From: a virus
Lineage: Duplodnaviria; Caudoviricetes
Reading direction: 5' to 3' (one strand)
DNA length: 35,611 nt
IMG/VR virus record: IMGVR_UViG_3300044492_000094
Coordinates: 1-35,611 of that record
In this document: positions 6,833 through 15,100 of the stretch, piece after piece
How positions within the stretch are numbered: position 1 is the first letter of the stretch
Layout: each line of letters starts with the position of its first letter
Position numbers and translations under genes: made by a program
Notes under the pieces: generated by a model
The model's database searches: none
Told to the model about the DNA's origin: nothing
Seen by the model: the letters and a program-made list of their open reading frames with translations, nothing else

Positions 6833-9076
6833 CTACCCCGACACCGGGCCGGGACCGACCGACGTGATCACGGCGCCCGACGTCAGCTGTGAAGCCATGA
6901 TGAAATCGAAGCTACCCCCAATGGTATAATTGCCCGCCGTGTTGGCATTGAAGGTGCAGCCCAGCGTCAGCAGCGCGCTGTTGCCAGCGCTTCGCAAGCC
7001 ATAGCCAAGACAGCTGGAGAGCACGAAGTCGTTGAGCTTCACCAGCCCGGCCTGAATGGCGTTCTTGTTGAAGCCGTGCCCGGTGCAGTCGCGGATGAAC
7101 CCGCCGTTGAAGACGAGGGTGGCGCAGCCCGTCGAGAGCGCGATGCCGTCGGCGTTAGCCGCCTTGTTGGTGAGGAAGTTTCGCCCGAACACGCGCGTGT
7201 TGACGAACAGGCTGTTGGTCACGTTCTCGCAGTAGATGCCGACATTGTTGCAAAGCCCCGCCGAGAAGGCGACCGCCTCGAACTGGTTGACGTTGTAGAG
7301 CAGCAGCCCGAAGCCGCCGCAGGTGTCGGCGCGGCAGCCGAACAGCCACACCGCCGCCGTGTTGCGGATGTTGAAGGCGTTCTGGAGGGGATTATTCTCG
7401 ACGTCGTTGCGGCCAAGCACATCGCAATCGCGCATGATCAGCCCGCCTGCCGCCGGGCCGAGCCCGCCGAGATCGAACACGAAGGCGCCGACATTGGCCG
7501 ATGCGCTGTTGACATAGTCGATCACCACCTCGTTCCAGAACGAGAAGGCGAACAGCCGGGTCATGCTGACGCCTTGGCCGCGATGCTGTCGCGCCTGTAT
7601 CGACCTGAAGCGGGTGGTGATGTGGATGCCGTTGGCGCCGCTGCCGCTGTCGGAGATCAGCCCGAAGCTGTTCCAAGTGTTGATGTTGGTGAGCGCGATC
7701 CGCTCGAGCGTGCTCGTGCCGCAGGCCAGCACGAAGTCCCAGCCGCCGGTCTTGAGACTGTCCTCGATCCACAGGTTCTCGAACGTGACGTCGGAGCCGA
7801 CGACGGTGAACAGATTATAGTTGCCCGCAGCGGCGGTGATCCGCGACTTGCCGCCGACCCCGACGATCGCGACATTGGCGGGCACCGTGACCGGGCCATG
7901 CCGGATCGCCAGCGGATAGCGCAGCACCGCCCAGCGATTATAGGCGGCGCTGATCGCGGCCTGAACCGCAGCCGTGTCATCGGTGATGCCGTCGCAGACC
8001 GCGCCGAAATCCTCGACGCTGATCCACTCGCGCATCTTGTTCTGCGAGGTGCGCTGAACCGCCCCCGCGCCCGCCTGAATGAAGGCGCTGCTTGCCGCGC
8101 TGTTGCCCGTGCTCGAGCCGAGGAAGCCCTCGATCAGGACGATGTCGCCCAGCGCGCACGGCTCGTCGAGCACGACGCTGACGCCGTCGGTCGCGGTGAA
8201 CTCCTGCTCGGACAGCCTCACCCCGTTGAGGAACACGCCGACATAGCCGACCGTGTAGTTCATCACGGTCTGGAAGACCGTCTGCCCCGCCGTCGCGGTC
8301 GCCTCGAGCCGCTGGACCACGCTCTCGTAGGTCGGGGTGCCCGCCCCGAAGAAGCTCTCGAGCAGGACGACGTCGCCCGCCCGGCACGGCTTGAAGATGA
8401 CGACGTTGCGGCCATCGGTCGCGGTGAACTCCTGCATCGACAGCAGCACGCCGTTGAGGTGGACGCTGACGAAGCCGACCGTGTAGGTCGAATTGGTCTG
8501 GAAGCTGGTCTGCCCGGCGACGGCGATGATCTCGCGGCGCTGCAGCACGGCGGGCACCGCCGTGACCGTACCCGGCGGGAGGATGATCGGATCGCCATTC
8601 TCGTCGAAGCCGAGGATGCCGTGGATGCGCTCGCTGGCAGGCGGCAGGTCGTCGACCGTCTCGCCGGGCGGGACCTGTATCGCCCTGTCCTCCAAGTCGC
8701 TGAAGCCGTGGTCAAGCTGCTGGATCAGCGCGGTCAGCTTGTCGAGGCCTTGGTTCATCAGGTCGGGGCGGTAGCGCCCTTGGTTGATGAAGTTGATCTC
8801 CTGCGTCGCCGGGATGTCGCTGACGATGGTGAGGTTGAGCCCGACCGCCAGCGCCGCGTCGAGCATCACCGAGCCGCCCGGCGTCGCCTCCTGATTGGCG
8901 TTGAGGGTGACGCTATAGTCGCCGACCGGCACGGTGGTCTCGGTGCCGCTGGCATCGGTGACGACGATGTCGACGTCGCTCGGCTTGAACACCTTGTAGC
9001 TGAAGGCGAACGGCCCCATCGAGGCGCCGGTCCCGGCATAGGGTCCCGACACGCGGTGAAGGGTGGAGATCGGCAT
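6833..9076 (-). CDS. Main tail fibre/tailspike (747 aa): N-terminal tail anchor, two tandem repeats, beta-helix
   Basis: Start MPISTLHRVSGPYAGTG..PFAFSYKVF (T7 gp17-like anchor, LDKLTALIQQL); FIQAGAGAVQRT..KMRE.ISVEDFGAVCDGITDDTAA tailspike motif. The ORF track start at 9448 overlaps the upstream gene and is rejected. Confidence 0.85.
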   Translation of the reverse strand: MPISTLHRVSGPYAGTGASMGPFAFSYKVFKPSDVDIVVTDASGTETTVPVGDYSVTLNANQEATPGGSVMLDAALAVGLNLTIVSDIPATQEINFINQGRYRPDLMNQGLDKLTALIQQLDHGFSDLEDRAIQVPPGETVDDLPPASERIHGILGFDENGDPIILPPGTVTAVPAVLQRREIIAVAGQTSFQTNSTYTVGFVSVHLNGVLLSMQEFTATDGRNVVIFKPCRAGDVVLLESFFGAGTPTYESVVQRLEATATAGQTVFQTVMNYTVGYVGVFLNGVRLSEQEFTATDGVSVVLDEPCALGDIVLIEGFLGSSTGNSAASSAFIQAGAGAVQRTSQNKMREWISVEDFGAVCDGITDDTAAVQAAISAAYNRWAVLRYPLAIRHGPVTVPANVAIVGVGGKSRITAAAGNYNLFTVVGSDVTFENLWIEDSLKTGGWDFVLACGTSTLERIALTNINTWNSFGLISDSGSGANGIHITTRFRSIQARQHRGQGVSMTRLFAFSFWNEVVIDYVNSASANVGAFVFDLGGLGPAAGGLIMRDCDVLGRNDVENNPLQNAFNIRNTAAVWLFGCRADTCGGFGLLLYNVNQFEAVAFSAGLCNNVGIYCENVTNSLFVNTRVFGRNFLTNKAANADGIALSTGCATLVFNGGFIRDCTGHGFNKNAIQAGLVKLNDFVLSSCLGYGLRSAGNSALLTLGCTFNANTAGNYTIGGSFDFIMASQLTSGAVITSVGPGPVSG
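8117..8530 (-). repeat. Two ~62-aa tandem domain repeats in the tail fibre (offset 228 bp)
   Basis: AGQTSFQ..YTVGFVSVHLNGVLL..QEFTATDG vs AGQTVFQ..YTVGYVGVFLNGVRL..QEFTATDG; 21-bp identity at 8187-8207 and 8415-8435. Confidence 0.9.
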
Positions 9077-9081
9077 GGCCT

Positions 9082-9115
9082 CGTTTACACCTCCCGGTCG
9101 TTGACACGCGAACCC
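9082..9115 (-). promoter_or_regulatory. Candidate late promoter copy 1 (GGGTTCGCGT-N18-TAAACG) upstream of the tail fibre
   Basis: Same upstream box and 18-nt spacing as three other copies; intergenic. Confidence 0.6.
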
Positions 9116-9116
9116 G

Positions 9117-12100
9117 CTACTTGGTCCTTGCCTCTTGGCTCGGCCCGAGGAACAGCGCCACGGGGTTCTTGGTCTTGCCCTTGGCAAGCGCATAGGCACC
9201 CTCGACGGTGCGCTGGACCTGCGATGCCGGATAGTGAAACAGCGTGCCTGCCAGCTGGTTGGCCGAGCGCAGCAGCGCCGCGTCGACCTCGCCCTGCTTG
9301 ACCTGCTTGGCGAACTTGGAAACCTTGCCGAGCGCCCCCATCCCGGCAGGAGCGTCGCTGCCATAGGTGATCGCGCCGCCGACGTCGCGCAGGCCGACCA
9401 TCGTCGCGAACAGGTAGCCGACCCCCTCGAGCCCGAGCGCCTTGGCAAGCTCCTCGGGATCGTCGGGGATGTCGCCCTTCAATCCCGAGCGGATGATGTA
9501 GCCGAGCAGCGTGGGCAGCAGGAACAGCAGGAAGGCGTCGACCGCCAGCTTCGACTTGTTGCCGGTCAGCCGCGCCTCGCCGACGCTCTCGGCGGCGAGG
9601 TTGTAGGTCGTCGAGAAGTAGGAATAGAAGTTCGTCCACAGCTTCTGCAGCGGCCCTCCGCGCTGGATCGCGGCGAGGTCCTTGATCCCGCCGCCGCCCT
9701 GCGCGTCGATCACCGCCTGATCGGCGATCGCGACAGCGCGGTCGTGCTGCTCGCCCGCGTCGATCGACTTCTCGTACTGGCCCACCCATGTCGGGATGTC
9801 GGCGACCATCTGGGTCTTCTGGATCATCGAGAAGAAGGTGCCCTGCAGCGTCGAGATCGTCCCGCCCTGCTTGGTGATCTGGTTCTGGATCTCGCTGATC
9901 TCGCGCTGCATCGTCTGGGCGCGGGTCGCCATGAACGGCGACTGCTCGTGTATCCACTTGAGCCCGCGCTCCATGCCCTGCGCGTCGCTGCCCCAGCGGG
10001 TCATGCCGCGCGCCACCCACTTGAGCCCGATCCGCTTGACCGACTGGGTCAGGCCGAGCGGCTGGAGCAGCGCGGTCGACAGCGACCACCCCATCCCGGC
10101 GACGGTCATCCCGGTGCGCAGGTAGTTGACCCCGCGCTCCCAGCTGTTTGCCGCAGGGACCTCGCCCGCCGCCATGTCGGTGACCGCGCTGGTCAGCGCC
10201 TTGAGCACCTCGGGTCCGTAATATTGCCGGATCGCCGCATCGACCTTGGCGTGGCCGAGCAGCCGGTTGGCGTCGATCAGATATTCGTGCCACGCGAGAT
10301 CGTGGATCACCTCGGTCAGATGCTGGAAGACGACGCCGAGGTCCTTGCGCACCGGGCGCTTGACCGAGGCGACGCGCTCCTTGGTGTGGCCCCGCCGGGT
10401 GGTCGCCCGCGAGTAGAGCCCGCGCATCATCTGGCTGGCGATGTCGGCGGCATTGTCGGCCTCGGCGCGGGTCGACCGGCTCGGGTCATATTTGATCGGG
10501 TAGTAGCCGCCGGTCATGTCGATCGTCACACCATCCGCCGTGGTCACGGTGAACGGCTCGGCGGCGACCTGCTCGGGGGTGAGCCCGGTGACCCTCTGCT
10601 CCTTGGACGCGATCTGCGGCCAGTAGCTGCCGACATAATCCCACACCTGCTGGACGATCCCCCAATGCTCGGCGGTCAGGGTGGCGAGCACCGCGTCCAG
10701 CTGCGCCTGCGTCCAGCCGTCACCCTCGAGGACGCGGAGGCGATTGGTCGAATTGCCCATGTTGAGCGCGATCGCGATGCGCCCCTCGAGCGACAGCGAC
10801 CCGCCGATCTCGGGGATGAAGACATGCTGGTTGATCGGGGTCTTGCCGATCGTGGTGACCTTCTTGGTGATGACCGGCTTGAGGATCTCGGCGAGGCGCG
10901 CGGTGGCCTCGGCGCGCATCGTCGCCTCCTTGTCGCCCGCCGCATTGGCGGGACGGACGAGATATTCCCAGATCACCCCGCCGTCCTTGAAGCCGTCCAT
11001 CTGGCGGATCAGCGAGGCGAACTTGCGGTGCATCGCGAGGAACTCGTACCAGCCCTTCGTCGCCCTCTGCCATGTCGTGCGCGGACCCTCGAGGCGGACG
11101 CCGCGCTCGCTGACCGCGTTGGCCTCGACCGTGTCGGCGATCGCGGCGACCGCGATCGCGATCTCGCGGTTCTTCTTGGCGGTGAGCAGCTTCTTCTTGA
11201 GCTTGCCGAGGTGGACGATATTCTCGATCGCGTCGACCAGCCCCATCAGTTCGTCGACCGTCATCTCCTTGTAGCTGGTGCCGCGCCCGAGCGCCGCCGC
11301 CATCTCGGGGGTGATCACCGGCTCGAGCCCCATCGCGCGCTGCGCCTCGATCCATGTCGCGAGGCTGTTCGCGCTGTCGATCGAGCGCAAGGTCGTCGAG
11401 CGCCGCAGGTCGACCGCCTCGAGCAGGGTCCAGATCTGCTCGAGCGCCTTGCCGTCGATCGTCTTGGCAGCACCCGGTCGGCTCAGCCGCCGCAGGCTTG
11501 CGACCTTGCGCTCGACCTGCTCGCGGGTGCGGTGAGCGGCGCGTGCCATCTCGAGGTTGATCAGCTGGTTGCGCTTCTCGACCGCCGCCTCGACCAGCTT
11601 GTTCTCGCGGACGAGGCGCGCTGCCTCCTTCGCCGCCCGCGCTGCTGCCGCCTCGTAGGTCGAGGGCGTCAGGTTGCGCACCTTCAGCCGCCCGATCGTC
11701 TCGCGGGCGAAGTTCTTCGCCGCCGTCGCCAAGGTCTTGGGCTTGCCCGCGAGCTTCGACAGCATGTTCAACTCGGTCGCAACGAACCGGCTCCTCGCCT
11801 CGTTGTGGACGGCGGCGGCTGCCGCCTTGCGCAGCGCCTCGTCGCCGACCAGTTCGCCGTGCTGCTCGAGCATGCGCTGCTCGGTCAGCCCATCGATCTT
11901 GGCACCCATCTCCTCGGCCTCCATCACCGAGCGGATCAAATGATCCGCCGAGGTGAAGCCGAACAGTTCGGCGACCTGCTCGGGGTGGAGGCCATTGTCC
12001 CTCGAGAGCATGCCGTACTTGCCATAGCCGAGCGCCCGCTTGACCACCTCGACCGCCGCCGTGTCCTCGCCGTAGAGCGCCTCGAGTTCGGGGATCGAGA

Positions 12101-15100
12101 TCTTGGTCGGCCCCTCGACCGGCTGGCCCTCAAGCTCGCCGCGCGTCATGTAGAGGCGCGCGGCATAGACCGGCTCGTGCGCGACCTCGTCGGCGACCTG
12201 CGCGCGGATCTCCTTGCGGTAGATCTTGGCGAGCTTCTTGAGCTTGTTGAGTTCGCGCCCGAACACATTGTCGACCCAGCGCATGTCGGTCTGCGAGCGC
12301 GCGTCGAGTTCGCGCACCGCGTCGTCGGTCGCGTCGCGGTGCTGGCGCTGGTACTCGGCCCAAGCGAGCGGGTCGATCCCGGCCTTGGCCTGCGTCTCGA
12401 ACAGCGGCAGCATCGAGCGCTGCGCCTCCATCGTCGCGATCGCGTCGTCGGTCGCGAGCATCCGGTCGAACACCCCCCGGATCGTCTTGGGCGGGACGTG
12501 GCCGATCGCACGGACCCGCTTGTAGATCGAGACGAGCCAGCCCCGGAAGGTGGTGAACAGCCGCTGCGTCTCGAGCGACGGCGCCTTGCCCCGGTAGAGA
12601 TAGGCCTCGAACGAGCGCGCCCACTTCTCGTGATAGGGCCGCTGCTCGTTGAGGGTGAAGCCGCGCCACTCGTCGGCTGTAACCCCGAACCATTTGAGCG
12701 CCGCCGCCCAGTCGTCCTTGATCTGCTGCGGCGCGTTGGGGTCCTCGGCCAATGTGCGCAGCACCTCGAGGAAGAAGTGCCCGCTCTCGTGGAGGAAGGT
12801 CGAGAGGTTGGTCCCGTCGAACAGGGTGATGAGGTTGGTCGACGGCTGGAACGAGCCGAGCGCGCGGGCGGGGTTCTGGAACAGGGCGAAACCCTGCTGC
12901 GCCTGCGTCTTGAGACTGGGCGGGATCGTGAAGCCGGGGCTGGTGACCTCGCGGCTCTCGATCTCGTCCATCGTCTGCGTCGCGGCATAGTGCATGTCGA
13001 CCGCCGACTTGATCGTCTCCTTGTCGCTGATCAGGTAGAGCTTGTCCTGCGCCTTCTCGAGCAGCCCGGCCCACGACGAGACGTTCTCGGTCTCGGTGCC
13101 CATATAGTCCTTGATCCGCTCGACATCCTCCTCGGCCTTGAGCAGCGCCTCGGCGTAGCTCTCCTCGAACAGCGACGGGCTGAGCGATATGTCGAGCGGC
13201 AGCAGCATCCGCCGGGTGGTCTTCGCGGTCTCGGCTGCCGCCTTGTAGGCGGCGACGTCCTCGGGGCTCTGCTGCGCCGGGTCGAGCCCCTCGACCTTGA
13301 GCATCTCGACCTTGGCGCCGTGCGGCTTGAGCAGGTTGTTCGCCATGTTGACGAGGTTGCGGTCGTAGAAGCCGCGCATCCCCTGCCCGCCGATCTCGAG
13401 CCCCTCGTCGGCGAGCACGAACGGTGCGCCCTTGCGCGCGTCGTTGACCCGTGCGCGGGCCTCGAACACCTCGCCCTCGAGGTCGGTATATTCGGCGACG
13501 GTGGCACCGGCATGGTAGCCGAGGTCGGTGGCGAGGTTGACGATGCTCCTGCCACTCGCCGTGTTCTCGATGACGCTTAAGGTCTCGTCCCCCTTCGCCA
13601 TCTCCTGCTTGATCCACGCCCGCTCGAGGTCGGCGCGGTAGGTGTCCTTGGCGATGATCGCCGCGTCGAGCATCTCGGTCGCCTCGCGCAGCGCGGTCTC
13701 GCGCTTGGCCGGATCGCTGGACGTCTCGGCAACCCCCTCGACGACCCGCTTGGCGACCTCGGGTCCGAACGCCTTCTCCAGCTGGTCGGCGCTCATCACG
13801 AGATCCGAGATGAACGAGACGCTGGTCGGCACCCGCTCGGCGAAGCCTTGGTCGATCACGAAGTCGGTCGCGTACTGGTTGCCGAACTGGACCCGGTAGC
13901 GCCCGTCGTCGCGCTGCTCGGCGCTGATCGAGCCGACCGCACGGCTCAGCCCGTAGCGCTTGGCCTGCTGCGCGCCGGTCGTCCACGCCACCGTCTCGAT
14001 GCCGTTGTCCGCCGCCCAGCGGATCGCGCGCTTCATCGCGAGGGTCGGCCACGACGCCTTGAACGGCGCGTCGGGGATGAGGTCCTGCTCCTTCTGGCGC
14101 ATCTCGCTGAGATCGTTGATGACGTCGGCGCGGTAGCCGACCGCCTCGCGATAGGCGCGGACCTCGTCGACAACCGCCGCGTAGGTCACCCCGCCCCGGT
14201 CAGCCATCAGGTTACGGTCGATACTCTCGGCCTTCTCGTTGAACACCCCCGGCATGGTCGCCGCGATGTCGTACTCGAGGTTGCGCGCATAGCGCTCGGC
14301 CTCGCCCGGCATCGCGCCGGGGGCGCCCGCGTCGAGCCACGCCTTGACCAAATCCTGTGCCTTGGCCTGCACGTTGGCCTGCACCTCGGGCCACATTGCC
14401 TCAAGCTGCTCGTAGCGCGCCTGCTCCTCGGCGGTGCGCCCGGTATTGTAGCCCTTCTTGAGCCCGCGCTGGTGCCAGTCCGACTGGATCTCCTCGATGA
14501 ACATGACGTCGCGGCCATCGGGGGTCTTGCGCAGGTTGAAGCGGATATGCGCGATCACCGGCTGGTCGTTGTAATGGTTGGGGTGGTAGAAGGCGGTCTC
14601 GGGGTTGCCGCCCACCCCCTCGGGCAGGGTCAGCAGCAGTTCGCGATAGCCGGTCTGGAAGCCCTCCTCGAGGGTCCAGCCGGAGAACTTGACCGCGCCG
14701 CCAAGCTCCTCGGTGGCCTGATCGTAGAAGTCGGGGACGTCGTCACGGTGATCCTCCTCGGCTGACCGCCGAGCCTCCTCCTCCTCGGCCTCGACGTTCG
14801 CCTCATGATCGGCGTCGGCCTGCTCGCGCGCCGCCTCCTCGCTGTCGAACAGGTCGAAGCTGCCCTCGACCTTCCAGTAGGTCTGGCCCCCGTCCTCCTC
14901 GGCGGGCACCTCGACCACCCTCGGGTAGGGGACGAAGCTGTCGTCGAACTCCCAGTCCTCCATCTGCTGGGCGACCCACTCGTCCTGAAGCTCCCAGACC
15001 CGCTCGCTGATCGTGTCCTCGCGGACCCCGCCGAGCATAACCTCGTGGACCTGCACGCCGCCTTCGCGGACGAAGGCGAGAAGCTCGTCGCGCTGGACGA

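Noticed and set aside
2211-9076. Diversity-generating retroelement, as in BPP-1
   Set aside because: No reverse transcriptase and no TR/VR pair differing at adenines seen; the fibre repeats are in-frame domain duplications
9077-9448. ORF-track N-terminal extensions (tail fibre from 9448; also 6374, 22865, 26795, 32313, 3991, 4103)
   Set aside because: Extensions overlap upstream genes or a terminator; downstream starts have an RBS, stop-start coupling or family-typical N-termini
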